DNA of 64,000 nucleotides from Eledone cirrhosa (taxonomy: Eukaryota), in contig OZ024740.1 in the NCBI GenBank assembly GCA_964016885.1, positions 251,224,001-251,288,000 on the forward strand. The letters run 5' to 3'. Positions 28,101 through 40,500 of the stretch are shown here, in pieces. Position 1 is the first letter of the stretch. Every line of letters starts with the position of its first letter. The translations under genes and the position numbers were made by a program. The notes under the pieces were generated by a model. The model ran no database searches. It was given only the letters and a program-made list of their open reading frames with translations, and was not told where the DNA came from.

Positions 28101-30550
28101 TGATTTTTTTTTACAAATTATCTCCCCTTGATTTTTTTTACAAATTATCTCCCCCTGATTTTTTTTTACAAATTATCTCCCCCTCATTTTTTTTACAAAT
28201 TATCTACCCCTGATTTTTTTTACAAATTATCTCCCCCTGATTTTTTTTTACAAATTATCTCCCCCTGATTTTTTTTTACAAATTATCTCCCCCTGATTTT
28301 TTTTTTACAAATTATCTCCCCCTGATTTTTTTACAAATTATCTCCCCCTGATTTTTTTTACAATCTCCGCCTGATTTTTTTAAAAATTATCTTCCCTTGG
28401 CTGGCGGGAAATTATCTCCCCTTGGACGGCTGGAAATTATCTCCCCTTGGAAGGATGGAAATTATCTCCCCTTGGACGGCTGGAAATTATCTCCCCTTGC
28501 ACGGCTGGAAATTATCTCCCCTTGGCTGGAAATTATCTCCCCTTGGACGGCTAGAAATTATCTCTCTTTGGATGGCTGGAAATTATCTCCCTTTGATTTT
28601 TTTTACAAATTATCTCCCTCTGATTTTTTTTACAAATCTCCCCCTGATTTTTTTTTACAAATTATCTCCCCCTGATTTTTTTTACAAACTATCGCCCCTG
28701 ATTTTTTTACAAATTATCTCCCCTTGGCTGGCTGGAAATTATCTCCCCTTGGAGGCTGGAATTTATCTCCCTTTGGACGGCTAGAAATTACCTCTCCTTG
28801 GACGGCTGGAAAATATGTCTCCTTGGACGGCTGGAAATTATCTCCCCTTGGACGGCTGGAAATTACCTCTCCTTGGACGGCTGAAAATTATCTCCCCTTG
28901 GACGGCTGGAAATTATCTCCCCTTGATTTTTTTACAAATTATCTCCCCCTGATTTTTTTTACAATCTCCGCCTGATTTTTTAAAAAATTATCTTCCCTTG
29001 GCTGGCGGGAAATTATCTCCCCTTGGACGGCTGGAAATTATCTCCCCTTGGACGGCTAGAAATTATCTCTCTTTGGACGGCTGGAAATTATCTCCCCTTG
29101 ATTTTTTTTACAAATTATCTCCCCCTGATTTTTTTTACAAATTATCCCCGCATGATTTTTAAAAAAAAAATTATCTCCCCTTCGCTGGCTGGAAATTATC
29201 TCCCCTTGGACGCTGGAAATTATAGCCCCTTGGAGGGCTGGAAATTATCTTCCCTTGGACGGCTGGAAATTATCTCCCCTTGATTTTTTTTACAAATTAT
29301 CTCCCCCTGATTTTTTTTTACAAATTATCTCCCCCTGATTTTTTTTTTTACAAATTATCTCCGCCTGATTTTTAAAAAAAAATTATCTCCCCTTGGACGG
29401 CTGGAAATTATCTCCCCTTGGACGGCTGGAAATTATCTCCCCTTGGACGGCTAGAAATTACCTCTCCTTGGACGGCTGAAAATTATCTCCCATTGGACGG
29501 CTGCAAATTATCTCCCCTTGATTTTTTTTACAAATTATCTCCCGCTGATTTTTTTTACAAATTATCTCCCCCTGATTTTTTTTACAAATTATCTCCCCCT
29601 GATTTTTTTTTACAAATTATCTCCCCCTGATTTTTTTTTACAAATTATCTCCCCCTGATTTTTTTTACAAATTATCTCCCCCTGATTTTTTTTACAAATT
29701 ATCTCCCCCTGATTTTCTTTTACAAATTATCTCCCCTTGATTTTTTTTTACAAATTATCTCCCCCTGATTTTTTTTTTACAAATTATCTCCCCCTGATTT
29801 TTTTACAAATTATCTCCCCCTGATTTTTTTTACAAATTATCTCCCCCTGATTTTTTTTACAAATTATCTCCCCTTGATTTTTTTTTACAAATTATCTCCC
29901 CCTGATTTTTTTTTTACAAATTATCTCCCCCTGATTTTTTTAAAAATTATCTTCCCTTGGCTGGCGGGAAATTATCTCCCCTTGGACGGCTGGAAATTAT
30001 CTCCCCTTGGAAGGATGTAAATTATCTCCCCTTGGACGGCTGGAAATTATCTCCCCTTGCACGGCTGGAAATTATCTCCCCTTGATTTTTTTTACAAATT
30101 ATCTCCCCCTGATTTTTTTTTACAAATTATCTCCCCCTGATTTTTTTTTACAAATTATCTCCCCCTGATTTTTTTTACAAATTATCTCCCCCTGATTTAA
30201 AAAAAAAAAATTATCTCCTCTTCGCTGGCTGGAAATTATCTCCCCTTGGACGCTGGAAATTATAGCCCCTTGGAGGGCTGGAAATTATCTTCCCTTGGAC
30301 GGCTGGAAATTATCTTCCCTTGGACGGCTGGAAATTATCTCCCCTTGATTTTTTTTACAAATTATCTCCCCCTGATTTTTTTTTACAAATTATCTCCCCC
30401 TGATTTTTTTTTACAAATTATCTCCCCCTGATTTTTTTTTTACAAATTATCTCCGCTTGATTTTTAAAAAAAAATTATCTCCCCTTGGACGGCTGGAAAT
30501 TATCTCCCCTTGGACGGCTGGAAATTATCTCCCCTTGGACGGCTAGAAAT
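25100..30550 (+). repeat. About 3.15-3.17-kb higher-order repeat (under 2 copies) with an internal 873-bp duplication
   Basis: Offsets 25224/28397 (3173), 26273/29418 (3145) and 27101/27974 (873). Markers are CTCCCATTGG (~26343, ~29488) and CTCCTCTTCGC (~27070, ~30215). Confidence 0.88.
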
Positions 30551-33500
30551 TATCTCTCCTTGGACGGCTGAAAATTATCTCCCCCTTGGACGGCTGCAAA
30601 TTATCTCCCCTTGATTTTTTTTACAAATTATCTCCCCCTAATTTTTTTTTACAAATTATCTCCCCCTCATTTTTTTTACAAATTATCTACCCCTGATTTT
30701 TTTTACAAATTATCTCCCTCTGATTTTTTTTTACAAATTATCTCCCTCTGATTTTTTTTTACAAATTATCTCCCCCTGATTTTTTTTTTACAAATTATCT
30801 CCCCCTGATTTTTTTAAAAATTATCTCCCCCTGATTTTTTTACAATCTCCGCCTGATTTTTTTAAAAATTATCTTCCCTTGGCTGGCGGGAAATTATCTC
30901 CCCTTGGACGGCTGGAAATTATCTCCCCTTGGAAGGATGGAAATTATCTCCCCTTGGACGGCTGGAAATTATCTCCCCTTGCACGGCTGGAAATTATCTC
31001 CCCTTGGCTGGAAATTATCTCCCCTTGGACGGCTAGAAATTATCTCTCTTTGGACGGCTGGAAATTATGTCCCTTTGATTTTTTTTACAAATTATCTACC
31101 TCTGATATTTTTTACAAATCTCCCCCTGATTTTTTAAAAAAAATTATCTCCCCTTCGCTGGCTGGAAATTATCTCCCCTTGGACACTGGAAATTATAGCC
31201 CCTTGGAGGGCTGGAAATTATCTTCCCTTGGACGGCTGGAAATTATCTCCCCTTGATTGTTTTTACAAATTATCTCCGCCTGATTTTTTTTAAAAATTAT
31301 CTCTCCTTGGACGGCTGGAAATTATCTCCCCTTGATTTTTTTTACAAATTATCTCCCCCTGATTTTTTTTTACAAATTATCTCCCCCTAATTTTTTTTTA
31401 CAAATTATCTACCCCTGATTTTTTTTACAAATTATCTCCCCCTGATTTTTTTTACAAATTATCTCCCCCTGATTTTTCTTTTACAAATTATCTCCCCCTG
31501 ATTTTTTTACAAATTATCTCCCCCTGATTTTTTTTACAAATTATCTCCGCCTGATTTTTTTAAATATTATCTTCCCTTGGCTGGCGGGAAATTATCTCCC
31601 CTTGGACGGCTGGAAATTATCTGCCCTTGATTTTGTTTTTACAAATTATCTTCCACTGATTTTTTTTACAAATTATCTCCACCTGATTTTTTAAAAAAAT
31701 TATCTCCCCTTGGAAGGCTGGAAATTATCTCCCCTTGGACGGCTAGAAATTATCTCTCTTTGGACGGCTGGAAATTATCTCCCCTTGATTTTTTTTACAA
31801 ATTATCTCCCCCTGATTTTTTTTACAAATATCCCAGTGATTTTTTTTAAAAAATTATCTCCCCTTCGCTGGCTGGAAATTATCTCCCCTTGGATGCTGGA
31901 AATTATAGCCCCTTGGAGGGCTGGAAATTATCTTCCCTTGGACGGCTGGAAATTATCTCCCCTTGATTTTTTTTACAAATTATCTCCCCCTGATTTTTTT
32001 TTTCAAATTATCTCCCCCTGATTTTTTTTTACAAATTTTCTCCCCCTGATTTTTTTTTACAACTTATCTCCGCCTGATTTTTTTTAAAAAATCATCTCCC
32101 CTTGGACGGCTGGAAATTATCTCCCCTTGGACGGCTGGAAATTATCTCTCCTTGGACGGCTAGAAATTACCTCTCCTTGGACAATTGAAAATTATCTCCC
32201 CTTGGACGGCTGGAAATTATCTCCCCTTGATTTTTTTTACAAATTATCTCCCCCTGATTTTTTTTACAAATTATCTCCCCTGATTTTTTTTTACAAATTA
32301 TCTCCCCCTGATTTTTTTTTACAAATTATCTCCCCCTGATTTTTTTTACAAATTATCTCCCCCTGATTTTTTTACAAATTATCTCCCCTTGGCTGGCTGG
32401 AAATTATCTCCCCTTGGAGGCAGGAATTTATCTCCCCTTGGACGGGTAGAAATTACCTCTCCTTGGACGGCTGGAAAATATGTCTCCTTGGACGGCTGGA
32501 AATTATCTCCCCTTGGACGGCTGGAAATTATCTCCCCTTGGACGGCTGGAAATTATCTCCCCTTGGACGGCTAGAAATTACTTCTCCTTGGACGGCTGAA
32601 AATTATCTCCCCTTGGACGGCTGGAAATTATCTCCCCTTGATTTTTTTACAAATTATCTCCCCCTGATTTTTTTTTACAAATTATCTCCCCCTGATTTTT
32701 TTTACAAATTATCTCCCCCTGATTTTTTTTACAAATTATCTCCCCCTGATTTTTTTTACAAATTATCTCCGCCTGATTTTTTTAAATATTATCTCTCCTT
32801 GGCTGGCGGGAAATTATCTCCCCTTGGACGGCTGCAAATTATCTCCGCTTGATTTTTTTTACAAATTATCTCCCCCTGATTTTTTTTTAAAAATTATCTC
32901 CCCTTGATTTTTTTTACAAATTATCTCTCCTGATTTTTTTTTACAAATTATCTCCCCCTGATTTTTTTTTACAAATTATCTCCCCCTGATTTTTTTTTTA
33001 CAAATTATCTCCCCCTGATTTTTTTACAAATTATCTCCCCCTGATTTTTTTTACAATCTCCGCTTGATTTTTTTAAAAATTATCTTCCCTTGGCTGGCGG
33101 GAAATTATCTCCCCTTGGACGGCTGGAAATTATCTCCCCTTGGAAGGATGGAAATTATCTCCCCTTGGACGGCTGGAAATTATCTCCCCTTGCACGGCTG
33201 GAAATTATCTCCCCTTGGCTGGAAATTATCTCCCCTTGGACGGCTAGAAATTATCTCTCTTTGGATGGCTGGAAATTATCTCCCTTTGATTTTTTTACAA
33301 ATTATCTCCCTCTGATTTTTTTTACAAATCTCGCCCTGATTTTTTTTTACAAATTATCTCCCCCTGATTTTTTTTACAAACTATCTCCCCCTGATTTTTT
33401 TACAAATTATCTCCCCTTGGCTGGCTGGAAATTATCTCCCCTTGGAGGCTGGAATTTATCTCCCCTTGGACGGCTAGAAATTACCTCTCCTTGGACGGCT

Positions 33501-34500
33501 GGAAAATATGTCTCCTTGGACGGCTGGAAATTATCTCCCCTTGGACGGCTGGAAATTACCTCTCCTTGGACGGCTGAAAATTATCTCCCCTTGGACGGCT
33601 GGAAATTATCTCCCCTTGATTTTTTTACAAATTATCTCCCCCTGATTTTTTTTTTACAAATTATCTCCCCCTGATTTTTTTTACAAATTATCTACGCCTG
33701 ATTTTTTTAAATATTATCTCTCCTTGGCTGGCGGGAAATTATCTCCCCTTGGACGGCTGGAAATTATCTCCCCTTGGAAGGATGGAAATTATCTCCCCTT
33801 GGACGGCTGGAAATTATCTCCCCTTGCACTGCTGGAAATTATCTCCCCTTGGACGGCTGGAAATTATCTGCCCTTGATTTTGTTTTTACAAATTATCTTC
33901 CCCTGATTATTTTTACAAATTATCTCCACCTGATTTTTAAAAAAATTATCTACCCTTGGACGGCTGGAAATTATCTCCCCTTGGCTGGAAATTATCTCCC
34001 CTTGGACGGCTAGAAATTATCTCTCTTTGGACGGCTGGAAATTATCTCCCCTTGATTTTTTTTACAAATTATCTCCCCCTGATTTTTTTTACAAATTATC
34101 CCCCCATGATTTTTAAAAAAAAAATTATCTCCCCTTCGCTGGCTGGAAATTATCTCCCCTTGGACGCTGGAAATTATAGCCCCTTGGAGGGCTGGAAATT
34201 ATCTTCCCTTGGACGGCTGGAAATTATCTCCCCTTGATTTTTTTTACAAATTATCTCCCCCTGATTTTTTTTTACAAATTATCTCCCCCTGATTTTTTTT
34301 TTACAAATTATCTCCGCCTGATTTTTTTAAAAAAATTATCTCCCCTTGGACGGCTGGAAATTATCTCCCCTTGGACGGCTGGAAATTATCTCCCGTTGGA
34401 CGGCTAGAAATTACCTCTCCTTGGACGGCTGAAAATTATCTCCCCTTGGACGGCTGCAAATTATCTCCCCTTGATTTTTTTTACAAATTATCCCCCCATG
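30550..34500 (+). repeat. Diverged single-copy segment of the same satellite
   Basis: Many variants I did not see elsewhere, including CTCCCCCTTGG ~30580, AAATTATGTCCC ~31062, GGACACTGG ~31181, AAATATCCCAGTGA ~31826, AAATTTTCTC ~32033, GACGGGTAG ~32441 and CCCGTTGG ~34392. Several ORF-track entries here are unique. Confidence 0.85.
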
Positions 34501-37500
34501 ATTTAAAAAAAAAAAATTATCTCCCCTTCGCTGGCTGGAAATTATCTCCCCTTGGACGCTGGAAATTATAGCCCCTTGGAGGGCTGGAAATTATCTTCCC
34601 TTGGACGGCTGGAAATTATCTTCCCTTGGACGGCTGGAAATTATCTCCCCTTGATTTTTTTTACAAATTATCTCCCCCTGATTTTTTTTTACAAATTATC
34701 TCCCCCTGATTTTTTTTTACAAATTATCTCCCCCTGATTTTTTTTTTACAAATTATCTCCGCTTGATTTTTAAAAAAAAATTATCTCCCCTTGGACGGCT
34801 GGAAATTATCTCCCCTTGGACGGCTGGAAATTATCTCCCCTTGGACGGCTAGAAATTATCTCTCCTTGGACGGCTGAAAATTATCTCCCCTTGGACGGCT
34901 GCAAATTATCTCCCCTTGATTTTTTTTACAAATTATCTCCCCCTGATTTTTTTTTACAAATTATCTCCCCCTCATTTTTTTTACAAATTATCTACCCCTG
35001 ATTTTTTTTACAAATTATCTCCCCCTGATTTTTTTTTACAAATTATCTCCCCCTGATTTTTTTTTACAAATTATCTCCCCCTGATTTTTTTTTTACAAAT
35101 TATCTCCCCCTGATTTTTTTACAAATTATCTCCCCCTGATTTTTTTTACAATCTCCGCCTGATTTTTTAAAAAATTATCTTCCCTTGGCTGGCGGGAAAT
35201 TATCTCCCCTTGGACGGCTGGAAATTATCTCCCCTTGGAAGGATGGAAATTATCTCCCCTTGGACGGCTGGAAATTATCTCCCCTTGCACGGCTGGAAAT
35301 TATCTCCCCTTGGCTGGAAATTATCTCCCCTTGGACGGCTAGAAATTATCTCTCTTTGGATGGCTGGAAATTATCTCCCTTTGATTTTTTTTACAAATTA
35401 TCTCCCTCTGATTTTTTTTACAAATCTCCCCCTGATTTTTTTTTACAAATTATCTCTCCCTGATTTTTTTTACAAACTATCGCCCCTGATTTTTTTACAA
35501 ATTATCTCCCCTTGGCTGGCTGGAAATTATCTCCCCTTGGAGGCTGGAATTTATCTCCCCTTGGACGGCTAGAAATTACCTCTCCTTGGACGGCTGGAAA
35601 ATATGTCTCCTTGGACGGCTGGAAATTATCTCCCCTTGGACGGCTGGAAATTACCTCTCCTTGGACGGCTGAAAATTATCTCCCCTTGGACGGCTGGAAA
35701 TTATCTCCCCTTGATTTTTTTACAAATTATCTCCCCCTGATTTTTTTTTTACAAATTATCTCCCCCTGATTTTTTTTACAAATTATCTACGCCTGATTTT
35801 TTTAAATATTATCTCTCCTTGGCTGGCGGGAAATTATCTCCCCTTGGAAGGATGGAAATTATCTCCCCTTGACGGCTGGAAATTATCTCCCCTTGCACTG
35901 CTGGAAATTATCTCCCCTTGGACGGCTGGAAATTATCTGCCCTTGATTTTGTTTTTACAAATTATCTTCCCCTGATTATTTTTACAAATTATCTCCACCT
36001 GATTTTTTAAAAAATTATCTCCCCTTGGACGGCTGGAAATTATCTCCCCTTGGCTGGAAATTATCTCCCCTTGGACGGCTAGAAATTATCTCTCTTTGGA
36101 CGGCTGGAAATTATCTCCCCTTGATTTTTTTTACAAATTATCTCCCCCTGATTTTTTTTACAAATTATCTCCCCATGATTTTTAAAAAAAAAATTATCTC
36201 CCCTTCGCTGGCTGGAAATTATCTCCCCTTGGACGCTGGAAATTATAGCCCCTTGGAGGGCTGGAAATTATCTTCCCTTGGACGGCTGGAAATTATCTCC
36301 CCTTGATTTTTTTTACAAATTATCTCCCGCTGATTTTTTTTTACAAATTATCTCCCCCTGATTTTTTTTTTACAAATTATCTCCGCCTGATTTTTTTAAA
36401 AAAATTATCTCCCCTTGGACGGCTGGAAATTATCTCCCCTTGGACGGCTGGAAATTATCTCCCCTTGGACGGCTAGAAATTACCTCTCCTTGGACGGCTG
36501 AAAATTATCTCCCCTTGGACGGCTGCAAATTATCTCCCCTTGATTTTTTTTACAAATTATCCCCCCATGATTTTTAAAAAAAAAATTATCTCCCCTTCGC
36601 TGGCTGGAAATTATCTCCCCTTGGACGCTGGAAATTATAGCCTCTTGGAGGGCTGGAAATTATCTTCCCTTGGACGGCTGGAAATTATCTCCCCTTGATT
36701 TTTTTTACAAATTATCTCCCCCTGATTTTTTTTTACAAATTATCTCCCACTGATTTTTTTTTACAAATTATCTCCCCCTGATTTTTTTTTACAAATTATC
36801 TCCGCCTGATTTTTTAAAAAAAATTATCTCCCCTTGGACGGCTGGAAATTATCTCCCCTTGGACGGCTGGAAATTATCTCCCCTTGGACGGCTAGAAATT
36901 ACCTCTCCTTGGACGGCTGAAAATTATCTCCCCTTGGACGGCTGCAAATTATCTCCCCTTGATTTTTTTTACAAATTATCTCCCCCTGATTTTTTTTACA
37001 AATTATCTCCCCCTGATTTTTTTACAAATTATCTCCCCCTGATTTTTTTTTACAAATTATCTCCCCCTGATTTTTTTTTACAAATTATCTCCCCCTGATT
37101 TTTTTTACAAATTATCTCCCCCTGATTTTTTTTACAAATTATCTCCCCCTGATTTTTTTTACAATCTCCGCCTGATTTTTTAAAAAATTATCTTCCCTTC
37201 GCTGGCGGGAAATTATCTCCCCTTGGACGGCTGGAAATTATCTCCCCTTGGACGGCTAGAAATTATCTCTCTTTGGACGGCTGGAAATTATCTCCCCTTG
37301 ATTTTTTTTACAAATTATCTCCCCCTGATTTTTTTTACAAATTATCCCCGCATGATTTTTAAAAAAAAAATTATCTCCCCTTCGCTGGCTGGAAATTATC
37401 TCCCCTTGGACGCTGGAAATTATAGCCCCTTGGAGGGCTGGAAATTATCTTCCCTTGGACGGCTGGAAATTATCTCCCCTTGATTTTTTTACAAATTATC

Positions 37501-40500
37501 TCCCCCTGATTTTTTTTTACAAATTATCTCCCCCTGATTTTTTTTTACAAATTATCTCCCCCTGATTTTTTTTTTTACAAATTATCTCCGCCTGATTTTT
37601 AAAAAAAAATTATCTCCCCTTGGACGGCTGGAAATTATCTCCCCTTGGACGGCTGGAAATTATCTCCCCTTGGACGGCTAGAAATTACCTCTCCTTGGAC
37701 GGCTGAAAATTATCTCCCCTTGGACGGCTGCAAATTATCTCCCCTTGATTTTTTTTACAAATTATCTCCCCCTGATTTTTTTTACAAATTATCTCCCCCT
37801 GATTTTTTTTACAAATTATCTCCCCCTGATTTTTTTTTACAAATTATCTCCCCCTGATTTTTTTTTACAAATTATCTCCCCCTGATTTTTTTTACAAATT
37901 ATCTCCCCCTGATTTTTTTTACAAATTATCTCCCCCTGATTTTTTTTAATAAATTATCTCCCCTTGATTTTTTTTTACAAATTATCTCCCCCTGATTCTT
38001 TTTTTACAAATTATCTCCCCCTGATTTTTTTACAAATTATCTCCCCCTGATTTTTTTTACAAATTATCTCCCCCTGATTTTTTTTACAAATTATCTCCCC
38101 TTGATTTTTTTTTACAAATTATCTCCCCCTGATTTTTTTTTACAAATTATCTCCCCCTGATTTTTTTAAAAATTATCTTCCCTTGGCTGGCGGGAAATTA
38201 TCTCCCCTTGGACGGCTGGAAATTATCTCCCCTTGGAAGGATGTAAATTATCTCCCCTTGGACGGCTGGAAATTATCTCCCCTTGCACGGCTGGAAATTA
38301 TCTCCCCTTGATTTTTTTTACAAATTATCTCCCCCTGATTTTTTTTTACAAATTATCTCCCCCTGATTTTTTTTTACAAATTATCTCCCCCTGATTTTTT
38401 TTACAAATTATCTCCCCCTGATTTAAAAAAAAAAAATTATCTCCCCTTCGCTGGCTGGAAATTATCTCCCCTTGGACGCTGGAAATTATAGCCCCTTGGA
38501 GGGCTGGAAATTATCTTCCCTTGGACGGCTGGAAATTATCTTCCCTTGGACGGCTGGAAATTATCTCCCCTTGATTTTTTTTACAAATTATCTCCCCCTG
38601 ATTTTTTTTTACAAATTATCTCCCCCTGATTTTTTTTTACAAATTATCTCCCCCTGATTTTTTTTTTACAAATTATCTCCGCTTGATTTTTAAAAAAAAA
38701 TTATCTCCCCTTGGACGGCTGGAAATTATCTCCCCTTGGACGGCTGGAAATTATCTCCCCTTGGACGGCTAGAAATTATCTCTCCTTGGACGGCTGAAAA
38801 TTATCTCCCCTTGGACGGCTGCAAATTATCTCCCCTTGATTTTTTTTACAAATTATCTCCCCCTGATTTTTTTTTACAAATTATCTCCCCCTCATTTTTT
38901 TTACAAATTATCTACCCCTGATTTTTTTTACAAATTATCTCCCCCTGATTTTTTTTTACAAATTATCTCCCCCTGATTTTTTTTTACAAATTATCTCCCC
39001 CTGATTTTTTTTTTACAAATTATCTCCCCCTGATTTTTTTACAAATTATCTCCCCCTGATTTTTTTTACAATCTCCGCCTGATTTTTTTAAAAATTATCT
39101 TCCCTTGGCTGGCGGGAAATTATCTCCCCTTGGACGGCTGGAAATTATCTCCCCTTGGAAGGATGGAAATTATCTCCCCTTGGACGGCTGGAAATTATCT
39201 CCCCTTGCACGGCTGGAAATTATCTCCCCTTGGCTGGAAATTATCTCCCCTTGGACGGCTAGAAATTAACTCTCTTTGGATGGCTGGAAATTATCTCCCT
39301 TTGATTTTTTTTACAAATTATCTCCCTCTGATTTTTTTTACAAATCTCCCCCTGATTTTTTTTTACAAATTATCTCCCCCTGATTTTTTTTACAAACTAT
39401 CGCCCCTGATTTTTTTACAAATTATCTCCCCTTGGCTGGCTGGAAATTATCTCCCCTTGGAGGCTGGAATTTATCTCCCCTTGGACGGCTAGAAATTACC
39501 TCTCCTTGGACGGCTGGAAAATATGTCTCCTTGGACGGCTGGAAATTATCTCCCCTTGGACGGCTGGAAATTACCTCTCCTTGGACGGCTGAAAATTATC
39601 TCCCCTTGGACGGCTGGAAATTATCTCCCCTTGATTTTTTTACAAATTATCTCCCCCTGATTTTTTTTTACAAATTATCTCCCCCTGATTTTTTTTATAA
39701 ATTATCTACGCCTGATTTTTTTAAATATTATCTCTCCTTGGCTGGCGGGAAATTATCTCCCCTTGGAAGGATGGAAATTATCTCCCCTTGACGGATGGAA
39801 ATTATCTCCCCTTGCACTGCTGGAAATTATCTCCCCTTGGACGGCTGGAAATTATCTGCCCTTGATTTTGTTTTTACAAATTATCTTCCCCTGATTATTT
39901 TTACAAATTATCTCCACCTGATTTTTTAAAAAATTATCTCCCCTTGGACGGCTGGAAATTATCTCCCCTTGGCTGGAAATTATCTCCCCTTGGACGGCTA
40001 GAAATTATCTCTCTTTGGACGGCTGGAAATTATCTCCCCTTGATTTTTTTTACAACTTATCTCCGCCTGATTTTTTTTAAAAAATCATCTCCCCTTGGAC
40101 GGCTGGAAATTATCTCCCCTTGGACGGCTGGAAATTATCTCTCCTTGGACGGCTAGAAATTACCTCTCCTTGGATAATTGAAAATTATCTCCCCTTGGAC
40201 GGCTGGAAATTATCTCCCCTTGATTTTTTTTACAAATTATCTCCCACTGATTTTTTTTACAAATTATCTCCCCTGATTTTTTTTTACAAATTATCTCCCC
40301 CTGATTTTTTTTTACAAATTATCTCCCCCTGATTTTTTTTACAAATTATCTCCCCCTGATTTTTTTACAAATTATCTCCCCTTGGCTGGCTGGAAATTAT
40401 CTCCCCTTGGAGGCAGGAATTTATCTCCCCTTGGACGGCTAGAAATTACCTCTCCTTGGACGGCTGGAAAATATGTCTCCTTGGACGGCTGGAAATTATC

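Noticed and set aside
33090-33674. Longest ORF (194 aa)
   Set aside because: It is a chance in-frame join of two ordinary repeat ORFs caused by T-tract and C-tract length variants in the diverged segment.
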